A stretch of DNA of 64,000 nt from Glycera tridactyla (lineage: Eukaryota). The DNA lies in NCBI GenBank assembly GCA_965644265.1, contig OZ286463.1, forward strand, positions 17,112,001-17,176,000, written 5' to 3'. The notes beneath the pieces were generated by a model that had not been told where the DNA came from, searched no databases, and saw only the letters and a program-made list of their open reading frames with translations. Shown in pieces: positions 26,000-40,446 of the stretch. Positions within the stretch are counted from its first letter, which is position 1. Each line of letters begins with the position of its first letter. The position numbers and the translations under genes are program-made.

Positions 26000-27150
26000 T
26001 ATCATCCAGTTGTAGTGGAGGAAATATGAGAATCCAGCCTTTTGTGGTGCATTGAAACCATACACTTCGGACTTATGACTGCTGGTATCACTGTGCTGTC
26101 ATTTGCTCACCAGGCTGGTGTCATTGAAAAAAGGGGACGACTTTTCACCCTTTTGAGGAGTAGCATTTCAGGGGGTCAAGAAAATGTATTCATGCTTGGT
26201 GCAATGTTGATGTATTTCCTCAAAGGTAGCACCACACCTGCCTGCATGCTGAACTCTGCAGAAGAATAAGTAATTGTGGGGAAGTCTTAAGGTTCATCAG
26301 GGAAACATCAGGTCAAATTCAAACACAATCAAGTTCGAATCTTTAGAATGAGACCTGAGGCTCAGCCAAGCTTGATGGACCTCTTTCTAATGTGATCAGT
26401 GGTTCCATGAGCAGCCAGTAGATCCAGAGGGCACTCAGAATCGCAGAGGATGCATTTGTGGAGTAGTGCTCCCGTGTCTCAAATTTAAAAGGTGGCAAAT
26501 GCTCCCAAATCAAGAAATCCTGGATGCAACCCTGCAATACCATAAAATGAATGGAGGCGACACAAGAAAACCCGTTTGTCTGATGAGCCGACAGCAACTA
26601 TACACCAAAAATGAAGCCAAATCATGAGGAAAATATGACACTCTATTCCCGATCACCTGTGCCAAATGGAGAGCAGCAGGGCATCAATTGCTGTATCACC
26701 ATCCTTATTGAAGACTTGGCCTTCATTGTGTTGTAGGGAAGTGAGATTATTTCTCTAATCTCATGAATCTCAACATCATAATCATAGATGGTAACAAATT
26801 GTGGATGCTTGACAGGATTCAGCTGCCTCTAAATTTTTTAGGAAATTGCCGATCCTATGCATACATGTTATTGCCACCAGCTGCATGCATTTCTGTAAAA
26901 TTGTCATCAACTTGTCAATCCAGGTGGCAAAACTATTGCAGACTTAAGGACGTGATAGTGGTGGGACAGGCGGAGATGTGCTTGCAAGTCTGTCTGCAGA
27001 TCTCCCGCAAATATTGGTCAGCTGAACCAGGCCCTGGTCCACCCATGGATATCCCATTCATTTTAACAGTATTCTAAGGTGTAAGCTGGTGCTTCAGTCA
27101 GCAATATTTCTCCGAATCCTATATAGCCTCCATAAATTACACCTGATCCA
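26000..27150 (-). pseudogene. Decayed RT/RNase H relic, probably Ngaro/DIRS-like
   Basis: SFATWIDKLMTIL...HRIGNFL (like HYLDDFL), IISLPYNTMKAK and HYSTNASSAI (like LFTDAS), in the expected order. Confidence 0.33.
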
Positions 27151-28349
27151 CCCTATTCCCACCATCTGTAGTGTATTGCTGCCTGTCATCAATCGCCATA
27201 AAAGTGAAAAGGATGGATGGTTATGATTCATTTAGTTAGAAGAGATGATCATGTTCTTCAGTCAGTATGGAGGGTATGAGGAATGATGATATCGTTTAGA
27301 TTTAGCATCAGTTATTATCAATGCAGATGCAATGAGTGCACCTTGTAGACTTGATTCCGGGTGAAGCAAACATATGTCCTTGTCAGCTCCCGGGAAGTGA
27401 CAAATAATCAATGTTTTGGATATATTCCTTGTCAGGTCAGGGGATTGTTTCCAATGGATCTTCATAGTAATGAAGTACCTTTCAGTAGTGAGATGGTCTT
27501 CATTGAAAGTTAGGTCAGTCAGGCCGTAGGACGGCACCTGTTTTGAGTTTTAGTGTTCTGTGCATTCAGTTTGTTGGGAGTGAAAGCAACTGTCAGTGAT
27601 GGAAATGCCATGCTCACATGATGTTTGCACCTTCCCCTGCTTTCAATCGTTGTCCTGTTTATCGTCTGGAATAAAAGAATGTGAATGCATTATTATGTGT
27701 AGTGAATGCATCATTTCAGATGGTGGGCTGGTTGGAAAAGTTAGCATGTTCCCTTATTCATGTGTGACATCAGTGACTTGTAGCAGCGGTACTAATATTA
27801 GTGGTCAGAATTGTTCATCAGAGAAATGGTAGATGGTCAGCGTTAGTATGTACCAGTCATGCTAGCAGTGATTCATACTAAAGTAGTGATCGTAGGCAGG
27901 ACAAGGGTTAAGTTATTCGGGAATCTTTCAACCCCTGTCAAATTATACCATAGTCTAATGAAAAAAGTCAATTCGCCTGTCTGCTTGGGTGGAGCATGGT
28001 GAACAGCATAAGAACATTGTCACCATCTCAGATTCTTCGTTTTGCCAAATTTACTCTTCACATTTGAGCAACTGATGTTCAATAAATCAATATGTATGAG
28101 TCTGCTGGAAATGAGCAAACTTGTAGATGAAGACTGGCCTTTTAGCCATCATGATGTACTTTTATCATGGTTCAACTTATAGCTAGACAAGCTGACTTTT
28201 CTTTTAGATGATCATGGTAAAATATGATAGGGTATACTGTGCTTCTCACCCTTCGGTTGATGATTATTGTGGATGATGCACAGTGCTCTTGTTTGATGGT
28301 ATGGTACCAACCTCATGACAAGGGGGTTGCTTAAGATGTCGTCCTGTCT

Positions 28350-29300
28350 GTGTAAATATCCGTATATTGAATAAGATCAGCTAGGTTGTGAATGGATATT
28401 CACATAGATCTAATCTGACATACACCCTGTATTTGTGGCACAGCATTGCTTCAATGTTGCCATCACATTTGATAGATGTGACCGTATAGTATTGCTTATA
28501 GTTGGCTTGTAGGTGAGCAAAAAAAAAAAAGAGATGATTTTGAGTGTAATTGCTCTGTAAGAAATATGAACCTTGAAATAGGAATCCCGTGCCATTGTGC
28601 TTGCTTTTGTCACATCAGATGTACGTTGATATATCTCATGCACTTTCTGTCCAATGGGCCAGATATGTATTGATAACCCACTGATAACATCCAATAAACC
28701 AGCCTGCAAGTCTCTTTTTATCGAAATCATGATTTGAGGGCTATTTGTGCTATGAGTAAGAAGAGAGCAGCTATCGTAATTGGAATGAAACCTCAGTCTG
28801 ATTGTAATAAATAACAATGAAGCATATGACCTTCTTGGGCAGTATTTATATTGAATGCATATCTTCTCTGACAAGAGATGAATATTTGTGTGATTTGGTC
28901 CATCCAATGGAGTGTGCAAGGATGATATATTTTCTGTACGAAAGTAACTAATTGGCACGGAATAACTTTGATGTGACTCAAAAAGCCTTCACAACCGGTA
29001 ATTCCAGCTTAATGGGTGAATTCCCAAAGTCTGCTCAGTTGAACATGGCCTTGTATGCAATTTCAGGGGCACCATAATTGTTAGTATTGTTAGCACACAT
29101 AAATGATTATTGATGCTGTGATTCGTGGTCACTCGGTATGTAGCTCTGTATCTGATCATCCTAATCGTATGCTATGGTAATGCTAAGAATAGTAGTGGAT
29201 GTATACATTCGATCCTGAATACAATGATGGTATTTTCCGATTGCTGCAGCGCAGGTGATACTATTGCTTAACAATATAAACTCTGACTGACTTATTGCAC
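28350..29300 (-). pseudogene. Decayed L2/CR1-type LINE RT C-terminus
   Basis: D*DDQIQSY (like YADDTQLY), LFITIRLRFHSNYDSCSLL (like FITSRLDYCNSLL) and DSYFKVHISYRAI. Confidence 0.45.
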
Positions 29301-32300
29301 CTCTGTACGATGCACAGTGATGTTTTTGTGTTTAATGTGGAAAAAGTGGTATCTCAGTGTGACATAAGCCATTGGCAGTCATGTCAGAAGGTAGTGAAAG
29401 AATAAGAGTTATATCCACCAGCAGTGTAGGCTTGCATATAGTCCCTTCAAACTATGTTTTAGTGCATCATCAGTATGTAGCTCAGACATATAAATGGTAT
29501 CCTTCTTCTTGACATATCTTGTGTTTATGATTTGGTTGTTACATAAAATTAATGTGAAGAATATATTCATTGTCGACATGGCAATGGATGTCTATAATTC
29601 AGAAGAGGTTGATGATAAAATTGCAGTCGATGGAGTGGTTACCACATCTATTTCAACAAAAATGTTATTGTAGATGTATTTATATTATTATAAAAGATCA
29701 ACTCATGGTTTGACCCCCTATTAGATCTCTTTATAAAAATTGGATTATTAGGATGGTATCAAATATAATATACAAGAATATGAGTCCATAGAAATGGAGT
29801 GTCGGTTGGTCAAATTTCATGTATATGTGTCTATATGGGATGAGGAGTGCAGTTCTCTGTATTGTGCTGACTTCGGTTAATTCTCAGATTTCTCCAGTGA
29901 CTTAGTTATCTTCATGAGAAATAACCTTGGTAATTAGAGTAGGGGTTCTTTCAATCAAACGAAAAGGTTTTGATGATGGAGCAACATCTTCATTTGACGA
30001 TGGTACCAGGATGATGACTTATATTTAATGGCCTTCAATGCCATATGTGTACTTCTACATAAATGTGACTGTTATCATGGTGGTGCATAATAGACCCTAC
30101 CAAAAATGGAGCTGTCTTGTTCCCCCCTCTCTGCTGTGAATGAATTGGACTGATTGATGATGTTTTGTTCAAATGGTAGTATTGATTAATCCATTATTTT
30201 CAGGGTTTTGATAGCTCCCACTAATTCCTTTGACATCTGAAATGAACCCAAATCACCTTACCTTTGAAGTAATTGGTAGCATATTCTTCCCTCTGTTGTT
30301 GACCTTATTGACATCAGTCAGCCCAAACTCAAGCCCCCTCCACCCATCCTCTCTTACTATGCTATCTTTCACTTTTGACAGAAATTCTCAAGTTTGGCGT
30401 GAACTGAATTATGGTTTTCCTCATTCTTTGCATTTCAGTTTTTCCATATTCGAGTGATTTCATCCTACCATCATTCTTGAGTGATTTTACCCTTTTCTCA
30501 GCCCTAATGAATTTATCGATAAAAAACATGTCATGGCAACCGGCATATCATTGTCTATCAACATATTAGATGCAAGAAACATTATAGATCTGATAGATTC
30601 ATCTACCATATGACACTTTGTTTAGCAATTTCAAATTCAAAGTTTGCTCAAGGTGTCCAAGCTCCAACTCATCCAATTTCTTGTGGAGTGATTGAAATCA
30701 ATCGAAGATTAAATATGGATAATTGATCATTCATATTTCCCTGCGCCTTTAGGGAGTTGTAGAAGTTAGATTGATTTCAATCAAGAATCTTGCAGTAGAA
30801 ATTTCGCATGTACTGTATTTCAAAATAGGGAAAATGTACTGGTACTCCCTTTGCCATCAACAGATTAAGCCGTACAATCATGCTGAGTTGCTATGGCAGT
30901 AGGGTGTCATGGGATGTATTCGCATACTTTCGACTGGTGTTGAGTTTGCTTCCATTTATCTTCCAAGTTCTTCTGCTCCATCCAGATACAGCAGTGCCCA
31001 AACAACGACAAATATGCATGGTTTGCGAGTGTGGCATGCATGAGCCAGTGTTTGTGATTGCATTAAACAAAATGTGCTCTTTTATTTAGGAACATAAAGC
31101 CAGAACAATACTCAAAATCTTTGAGACATTTTATCAATTTCAGAGGCTTTATTATCGTCTTCTGTTTGAGAAAATATTTGATATTATAATTGGACTCAGA
31201 TACTCCCAAGAGTTACAATGGTTAATATATAGTATGTATTAGATATATTGAATATCTCGTATCATATGATACACAAACTGTATTCTGTGAAAGAAAATAA
31301 AAGTATTTCAATCTCAATCAATCTCAGTCTCAAGAGTGACAATGGAAATTCTATGATAGGAGAAAATATGTTAATAGGATTATCAGGGCATGGATATGGT
31401 CTTCCATGTATGGAATAGTTTGAGATGCTAAGTGGAAGTTGAACATGGATTTGTAATTTTTCATCAAACAGACTATGATATATTCCCTCTTGAAATGACA
31501 GGATGAGTTACGAAGTAGATTGGCTAACATTTACTGTAGCTGTATCACTTATTGTATTCCATGTTTTTGGCAAAAGATGAGGTAAAATATTATCATATTC
31601 ATGATACATACATGAAGGAAAATTGATAGAGGGATGAGATGAATGCTAGCTCGTGTTGATGACAATTAATATGCTGCAGTTGCCATATATGACCTCTATG
31701 ACAGAGGAAGCGAATAAAACTACATGGCTGTATCACACAGTCCTGCTAGGACTCTGTACATTACTTTTCAATACTTGTCAACCATTGGACATCGTTGTAT
31801 GGCTTAGAAATTTATATATCGATCCGCAGGAGGTTCAGTTCCCCATCCCAGTAGTGAATGCTTTGGAATGGGAATGGAAATCACTTCAACCTTCAAACAA
31901 TACTTGATCAGGATTTCGAAATCATCAACAAATGCTTGTCAAACTATATATGATGTAAATATGCTTCATCTATGGCATAAATCACTAGGGAGGGGATGCT
32001 GATTGTAACATGCGTGACTAGTTACTAATGAGGTGGTGGCTTGCTTCTTTTATTTTTGTTTGATTGAGTCATAGATGTGACAACCCATGTTTTACATCAT
32101 TTGGTTGATAAATTGTCCTGCATCCATTACAAGAAGCCCTTGATATGAACATTTTAAGTTCTACATTAGCATGGTTTCTGGAGTGTGGCTTGTTTCTGTT
32201 CCTGGTTTGATTGCGGAATTCTGATGATTTAATATCACCGATTCAGAAGTAGAGAAGTGAATCGGTACAGTTATAGAATGTATATTTTTGTACTGAATCA

Positions 32301-34035
32301 CCAGTAAAACAATTTAGCACGCCCACTGCTGTATGTAAAACAGTTGCTCTCACTTTCACCAGATGACATGGTATCTAAAGTATGATGAGTTCTGGGCTAC
32401 TCTTGCTGCTACTGTGTAGCCTGGGTGCTTTTCAAATAACGTCGATTCACTAAAAGCTAACGGCAGCCTGAGTGATATTGCTTATATTCACTGAGACAAT
32501 TTATCTTTCTCAGTGTGCATAGATGGAAGAACCAGTGAATATTTCATTGGATATTTACATGGTTCTCTGACTTTGTAGGGTTATGAAATTATTGATGATC
32601 TTGGATGCAGAATTCAAGGCTGATGATACATTGCATATTTCATCCACATATCGGCATGATCCAGTGTAATGATTTATAAACCATTTAATTATACATTATC
32701 GGGAAATATAATGATAATAGACTTGCATCACTGGAGGTGATGAATGTCTTTCTTGTAAATTTGTTCAATTCAATTTTGGGCCAAAAGAACAACCATTCAT
32801 GCCATCTCATTTTACTTGAGGTATGTGTCATTCCTTATAGTCAGCCCCGCTTATAGTGACATATTCTGGAGCCAATAACAGTCAATAAGTGAGAGACTTG
32901 GTCATGTCTGCCAAGACTTGGACACTAAGTAACTACTTCTGTACATTCCAGCCACAACTAATTCGAAAATAACTTCCTTCAAATCAATCAATGATGACCC
33001 ATTCCGATTCATGAAAATCATGTGGTGATACATAAATCACTGAGAATTTTTTCCTTCTTTGAGAGGCAAAATCTGAACTTGACAGTCGTAATCTATTCTC
33101 CTGATATTCTTGTATTATACCAATGTATTCACAGTACTTCATCACTTCTTTAGTGGATCGAATGATATGGACAAAATATTCGCTTATGGCTGGATATGAT
33201 GAAGTTACTGTGGTGCAAACAGTCATATGATCCATGCAGTCCTTTCAACAGTTTTGTGAAAAGTTCAAATTCGTCAACAGTCCATATATAAATTTGAATA
33301 TATATTCTTCATCGTAGAGTCCGTGGTGTTAGTCATCTATCACTTGTATGATGACAACATGCTTCACCAGATAGCAGTCACAGCGATTCTCTTGCTAACT
33401 CGTTATCGGCTCCAAATACATGTAGAGTTGCGTCCTCCATACATCCCAGCATTCCACTTCTAACATGGCTGCTGAACTACATCCTTTTATAAACACTGAT
33501 GTGATTATTGACCTAGGTGAGCAGTGGTGAGGAGAACCTGCTTTGTCATGTTTGAACTAGTCATCAGTTTCTAACCTTGTCTATCCGGAACACTAGGATT
33601 TGTGTCCACACACTCAGCTTTTAGTGCAGATGTAACATCATTAAAATCTATGTATTCAATGACAAGCTCTCAGATGGTGGCATCGTTGATCATTTCCTTA
33701 GATGATATTCATCTTTGATTAGACATGTCCTGGTATGAGTATTTCTTGTATATCATCGTTGTGTATACATTCTGGCAAGCAATTCTTGAATTTCACATTG
33801 GAATTGTTGTGTATCTGTGCATATATACCAGTTAATATTCAGCTGACAAGTTTCACCCAGTTAACTTTTCTGTGAGACTGAATAAAAAGGAAAAAAAGGA
33901 AAAATACTAATTGTATAAAAAATGAAAATATTCTGTGACTCTTGTTCAGAGCTAGATTTTTAAAATGAAATTGTACATCTGACAGTAAAGCTGAGTGTGA
34001 GCACACATTTTGGTGACATACTAACACTAGCTTGA

Positions 34036-34203
<168 letters not shown>

Positions 34204-35444
34204 TAGTACATCAGACATCTTCAACTATTGAATACATAATATAACTTAAAAAATTTGAATCACATCGCTACTTTCTCTGAAACGTCTAGTTTATTTACAT
34301 AACTGCTTTTCCTGCTTAATCATTATCAATTGAATTTAGAAAAATCACTAGCCATCTTTGCCTAATCATGTGATATATTGGAAGTTATATGGAAATTTGT
34401 TATAAATCAATTCACTATCTGAGGCATACACAAACATCTCAGTATCAATTTTGTATCATCAGTATCAGTATAAATAATGGTGTGTAATTTTTCTAGATGG
34501 TATTACTGATATATTACTGTATTTTGAGGTATTGTTCATGTATTGAATATATTGACTGTGTTTGTGATGCCTCTTAACGCAACTACTCTTTATGAAACAT
34601 GTTTACCAGAGATTTCTTGGAGTGAATGTTCTTATGATGAGAATAGATAATTGGGTATGGTACGGTCAAGCGCCTTCTGTATGAATGGACTTTTTCTCCC
34701 ATTACCAGTGTCGATATAAATCAATCAAGGGGGGGGGGGGAACATGAACTCAATTGAGGCCTCATTGGGAACACTGATCTTGATATTATTGCAAGTATTC
34801 CCCCAGTCCTCGCAGGAAAAGGTGATGTCACTTATACACTCCCAAAAGCATGAAATTCAGCAGGGTATTCAACTGCAGTCATTGATCAATTAAGGTCTAA
34901 ATTATTGGATCACTTGAATCCAATTTCCTTTGTTACAAATGAGTTTCTTTGTTTTTGGGTGATTCGTATTAGGAGGGATAATCAGTTTATATCACAACGA
35001 TGAATAAACCTAATGATATATTGGAATTTATACTAGCATTATGAAACCATCCAACTGCACCTTGTGTATAATCTTGGCACTAGTAGAATTTCCTTGGAAT
35101 GTCTTCCATGTTGTCTTTCACATAATTTCGATAGGCTCTTCAGTTGAGCTAAGAGAAAACGTTCGCCAAATCGCCCACCAAATATTCTTTATCATAAGTG
35201 TGTCAGAAAGGAATGAGGACACTGTTTGGCCATTGTTGGCTGCAACTGGATACCCTACAGATGTGTCACACAAGTACGCAGCTCGTGCAAATGACACATG
35301 GAGTAATCATACCAATTTTCTCATCAGCAAATTTGATATCTACATGTATCATTTTGCAGAGATTATCAGATTTCTTTAGCAACACACATCTTAAAGTTGG
35401 AAGATACAGTGAACTTACATTTTCTTTCCATTCATACTCCTAAA

Positions 35445-35868
35445 TCATATATCAAATGATGCTTGACATTCATCTAAATCATATATCAAATGATGCTCAT
35501 GACATTCATCTAAATCATATATCAAATGATGCTCATGACATTCATCTATATCATATATCAAATGATGCTTATGACATTCATCTATATCATATATCAAATG
35601 ATGCTTATGACATTCATCTATACCATATATCAAATGATGCTTGACATTCATCTAAATCATATATCAAATGATGCTCATGACATTCATCTAAATCATATAT
35701 CAAATGATGCTCATGACATTCATCTAAATCATATATCAAATGATGCTCATGACATTCATCTATATCATATATCAAATGATGCTTATGACATTCATCTATA
35801 TCATATATCAAATGATGCTTATGACATTCATCTATATCATATATCAAATGATGCTTATGACATTCATC
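35445..35868. repeat. 36-bp minisatellite, about 12 copies
   Basis: atcatatatcaaatgatgct(c/t)atgacattcatcta(a/t), with two 35-bp variant units. Confidence 0.95.
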
Positions 35869-36558
35869 GCCAACAGCACATTTAATTTTCAGTTTAATTT
35901 TCAAGTACCACTTGAATATGTACATGATTCATCCATGTCAGTGATGTTAGATTCATTATCACTGGTTATTAACAGTTTCCAAAGGAACATAATTCTCAGG
36001 AAAATAATTTTTATCATGATGATGTCAATATAATGTCAGATTCATGTATGATTCATAGTAAATTTGGTTAAAAGTAGACCTTCTAAGTCCCATGATGCAT
36101 TACTCAAGTCCCATAATGCATTACTCAATTACACAAAAGAAATGGAGAGGTAGGTTACCAGCATAATTATGATCATACAGATGTATGAAAATTGTTTTTT
36201 TATGGAAGTGTACTCAAGTACTAAGGCATTGAATAATTTCACCCAGACACAAAATCAAAGATACACTTATCTATATTAAAAGAGCAAGATCATTGATTCA
36301 ATTCACTTTATATATGTGAGATTGGAAAAGCTTAGAACAAGCATAGAATGAGGCATATCTGTATCAGGTGAAAGTTAGCCTCTCTGGAACAGATTTGAGT
36401 TTCATAAGCTGAATGTGATTTATTTCTGAAAATTTTCTGAATCATGTTTTTTCAGTTCTGTTTTTATGTTAATCAATTAAGCGATACTTGCAATGTATAA
36501 ATGAATTCATATGTGATGTTTAGACATGTATGATAACCACTCGCAGGTGATAGGAAAG

Positions 36559-38040
36559 TTTTTTTATACCCCGCTTTTGGAAAAGCGGGGTGTTATGGTT
36601 TCACCTCCGGCGTCCGTCCGTACGTACCTACGTACGTACGTACGTACGTATGTCCGTCCGTCCGTCCGTCCGTCCGTCCGTCCGTCCGTCCGTCCGCTCA
36701 CATTTCATGCAATAACTTTGGATTGGCTGGTCCAATTTTCTTAAAACTTGATAACTGTGATCTATGTAGAAATCCTATTCCAGAATTTGATTTTTGTACC
36801 CGAAGGTCAAAGGTCAAGGTCACAGGAGCTATTTATAGATTTCCTTATTTTACACTCTAACTCAAGCTAGCCTCAATGGATATGCACCAAACTCACACAA
36901 AGTAATGACCTAATGGTGGGCCACCTCCCTTTCGATGCATGTAACCCTAGGTCAAAGGTCAAGGTCATAGGAGCTATTTATAGATTTTCTTCTTTCACAC
37001 TCCAACTCGAGCTAGCCTCAATGGATATGCACCAGACTTACATAAAGTAATCACCCATTGGTGGGCTACCTCCCTTTTGATGCATGTGACCCCAGGTCAA
37101 AGGTCAAGGTCATAGGAGCTATTTATAGATTTTCCCATTTTACACACTAACTCAAGCTAACATTAATGGATATATACCAAACTTACAGAAAGTGATCACC
37201 CAATGGTGGGCCACCTCCCTTTCGATGTATGTGACCCTAGGTCAAAGGTCAAGGTCACAGGAGCTATTTATATATTTTCTTATTTTACACTCTAACTCAA
37301 GCTAGCCTTGATGGATATGCACCAAACTCACACAAAGTAATGACCCAATGGTGGGCCACCTCCCTTTCGATGCATGTGACCCTAGGTCAAAGGTCAAGGT
37401 CACAGGAGCTATTTATAGATTTTCTTATTTCACACTCTAACTCAAGCTAGCCTTGATGGATATGCACCAGACTTACATAAAGTAATCACCCATTGCTAAC
37501 TCAAGTTAGCATGGATGGAGATGCACCAAACCTACACAAATTAATCACCCTGTAGTGGGCCACCTCCCTTTCGATGTAAGTGACCCTAGGTCAAAGGTCT
37601 AGGTCACAGGAGCTATTTATAGATTTTCTTTTTTCACACTATAACACAAGCTAGCTTTGATGGATATTGACCAAATTTACACAGCTCAGTGATCCAATGA
37701 TGGGACATCTCCCTTTCGATGTAGGTGACCCTAGGTCAAAGGTCAAGGTCACAGGAGCTATTTATAGATTTTCTCATTTTACACTCCAGCTCAGGCTTGC
37801 ATTGATCGATATGCACCAAACATACACAAAGTAATGACCTTCTTTCGATACATGTGACCCTAGGTCAAATGTCAAGGTCACCGGAGCTATTTTTGATATC
37901 CGGATCTCACACAAAAACTCAGGCTAGCATTGTTGGATAAAGATCAAACTGATCTGGGATGATCGAGCAATGTTGCAACATCTCCCTTTCAATGCATGTG
38001 ACCCTAAGTCAAAGGTCAAGGTGAAGGTTACAGGTGCTAC
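36559..38040 (+). mobile_element. Non-autonomous Helentron-type (HINE/DINE-1-like) element with a central tandem array of about 145 bp
   Basis: T-run, then TATACCCC start with an 11-bp hairpin ACCCCGCTTTT-GG-AAAAGCGGGGT (36568-36591). Then (TACG)n and (GTCC)n microsatellites, then about 9 units each containing GGTCAAAGGTCAAGGTCA. The 3' end is degenerate or interrupted. Confidence 0.8.
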
Positions 38041-38236
38041 TACAGTCGAACCTGTCTATAAAGACCGCCTTCGGTCGCATCAAAAAGCGGTCTTTATGGG
38101 CAGTTGGTCTTTATAGAGAGGTCATTTACTGTTGAAAATACTACCACGGTCACAGCTCAGGTGGTCTCTATAGATAGGTGGTCTTTACAGATAGGTGGTC
38201 TTTATAGAGGTGGTCTTTAGAGCAGGTTTGACTGTA
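38041..38236. mobile_element. MITE of the same superfamily, inserted into a HINE repeat unit
   Basis: TA-CAGTCGAACCTG ... CAGGTTTGACTG-TA. The flanks rejoin into a degenerate HINE unit (ggtgctac...ttagattttcacattctacac). Confidence 0.85.
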
Positions 38237-38540
38237 TTAGATTTTCACATTCTACACAGTGATCCAGTGACTTATTACATAGCCAACCAAACATCTCACT
38301 GAACTTTTCTGATATGGGTAACCCACTTTGCTCCCATGTACGATATGGGTGACCCACCGTGCTACCGTGCGCGGGGTATCTTGCCTCTCTGTGGCCTTGT
38401 TATTACTTACATAGCTTCATGATGTTTAGGTATAGAAAGCAATTGCTGAATAGATTGATAGGTTGCTGTCTCCTGGGGTTCGATTGTTGCAAGTATCATG
38501 TATGTTGTAAAATACTGATCTTCCCTTATATTCTGCACAG

Positions 38541-38674
38541 ATCCCTACGTCAAAATAGCTCTTTATCAGGGGACCAAGCGACTGAAGAAGAAGAAAACGA
38601 CGATAAAGAAGCGTACCCTGAATCCTTACTACAATGAATCCTTTACCTTTGAATGTCCATTTGAACAGATTCAG
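38541..38674 (+). CDS. Syt1: Syt1 C2B alternative exon A: [45 protein letters not shown]
   Basis: cttcccttatattctgcacag| acceptor, CAG|GTAGCA donor, 134 nt, phase 1-0, intact frame. Confidence 0.9.
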
Positions 38675-39464
38675 GTAGCACTGACTTCTCCTGACATCCT
38701 TAAGCTTCTACTAACAATTCTGGTACTAGTGGTTGATGCTGAAGTGAGGGATGGGGAAAGGTTGCCTGGGATACCAATTGTGAAATGCATTGCTATGGAA
38801 CGCAAAAATATCAACATTCCTTCACGCCTCTGCTTAGCACCCAATCGATGACTGAAATTGTTCCTCAACTAGAAGAAATATCCGTTCTCTACAGCACAGT
38901 GTTACAGGAACACTGTTTGGATATCCCTGTCTGGTGTATTCACATTTCAGTATTAAAGTATATGAATATCATTTAGAGGTGCAAGACTGGGATTTGGTGT
39001 TTTAGTGTTACCTAAGACAAACACTACAACACCCTGTGATCGGCAGAGTATCACTTTGCAATTCATCCATAAAATCAAAAAATATTCTATGGTATGCCTT
39101 GAATCTTCAGAAAAATGTTGCCATATCATACACATATCTAGTTACAGCATGTGTTCTTTTGGATATATTTGCATAGCATATTGGCATGACATGAAAGTCA
39201 GATGCTGGTGTATTTTCAGGATTTCGACTGACAGCTACACATAGAAAATATGAATTATCTGGCATACCTGGCATGAAAGAAGTCATAGAGAAAACAAGAA
39301 AGTTGATATTTTTGCCTGGTTACATGTAGATGTTGGCTGCAGTGGTTGAACATGAATGGAGAGTTTTCACTATTTGGCTGCTGTGACCTGGACCTTTGAC
39401 GATGAGGAATATTTGTGATGTTGGAGATTATTGAGCATTTGTACAAAAATAACTAATTACAACA

Positions 39465-39570
39465 TAGAGTAAAACCTGCTACAGTGAAATCCTGTCTACA
39501 GTGAAATCCTGTCTACAGTGAAAAGAAAAATCTGGCCCGTGATTTTTCACTATAGACAGGTTTTACTCTA
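39465..39570. mobile_element. 106-bp MITE between the two C2B exons
   Basis: Perfect TIR TAGAGTAAAACCTG / CAGGTTTTACTCTA with internal ctacagtgaaa repeats. Confidence 0.8.
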
Positions 39571-40446
39571 TATTATTTCTTGAAAATAATCCCTAACAAA
39601 ATTGTTCATGCAAAATTCAACACTTGCCAACATGGTGCATGTTTCTTTTCTATATATTGGGATCCTTGTGCTTTACAATGCATGGAAATGCAACATAACT
39701 CGCAGGCTTCCAACAGAATTCAGCCGGTTAACCACTTTCATAACAAATGTCTGGATAGGGTCTGATGCCAAAGTTTACTGCTCACTTGGCAAAATGACCA
39801 GACACAGATTTTATTTGCCTGTGGTCATTATTTGAGCCCTAGAGTCAAGCTTTGCTTATTTTGTATACCAAAGATCCTCAATAGGGATGCGTCTTACAAT
39901 GAAAAGCTCTTCAGAAATTTGACCAAGTGACTTGGAATATTTTGGGTGAAATGGCTTGGATTGCTGTATTGGAAATCTGTGAGACTATTTTTTCTGTTGC
40001 ACTTGTGTATTTGGGTGGCAGCATATGGGAAGGTTACTAATAACAATTAGTGCTCTTCTCAAAGAGATGTGGGTGATGTCACAAGAAGAATTGAATAGTA
40101 ATCGGTAAATTTCAAATTCAGCAACAAAATATTTTTTTTTTAAATTTGGAAAAAAAATTGAAAAAAAGTAAATATGACATATCATATGGTCGCTGAAGCA
40201 CATTTTGGAAGTTATTTTTGGATTATACAAAATCTGATTCATCCAAAGAATATTCAGCTCTATTGTGACTTTTTCTTTCCCCCTACAGTTTTGGGATATA
40301 TTTCTGTAGTGATGAATCCGTGGTGGTTGGATCAGTTGCCTTGTCAGTGGACCTACACGCTCGCATACTCATACAGATGTTAATCATTGATGACTCTAAC
40401 CAGCTTTGCTCTCTGTCTTTCTCTCCCTTCTGCCTGCTCCTCTCAG

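Noticed and set aside
35445-35925. His/Asp-rich ORFs (HLNHISNDAHDI repeats) as a metal-binding protein
   Set aside because: Artefact of a 36-bp minisatellite. Open in several frames on both strands, with no splice or start context.
38675-40446. Docking/selector RNA pairing or an ADAR editing-complementary sequence for the C2B exons
   Set aside because: Only 6-7 bp complementarities were found by eye (for example cactgac/gtcagtg), which is expected by chance. It would need folding plus covariation analysis.
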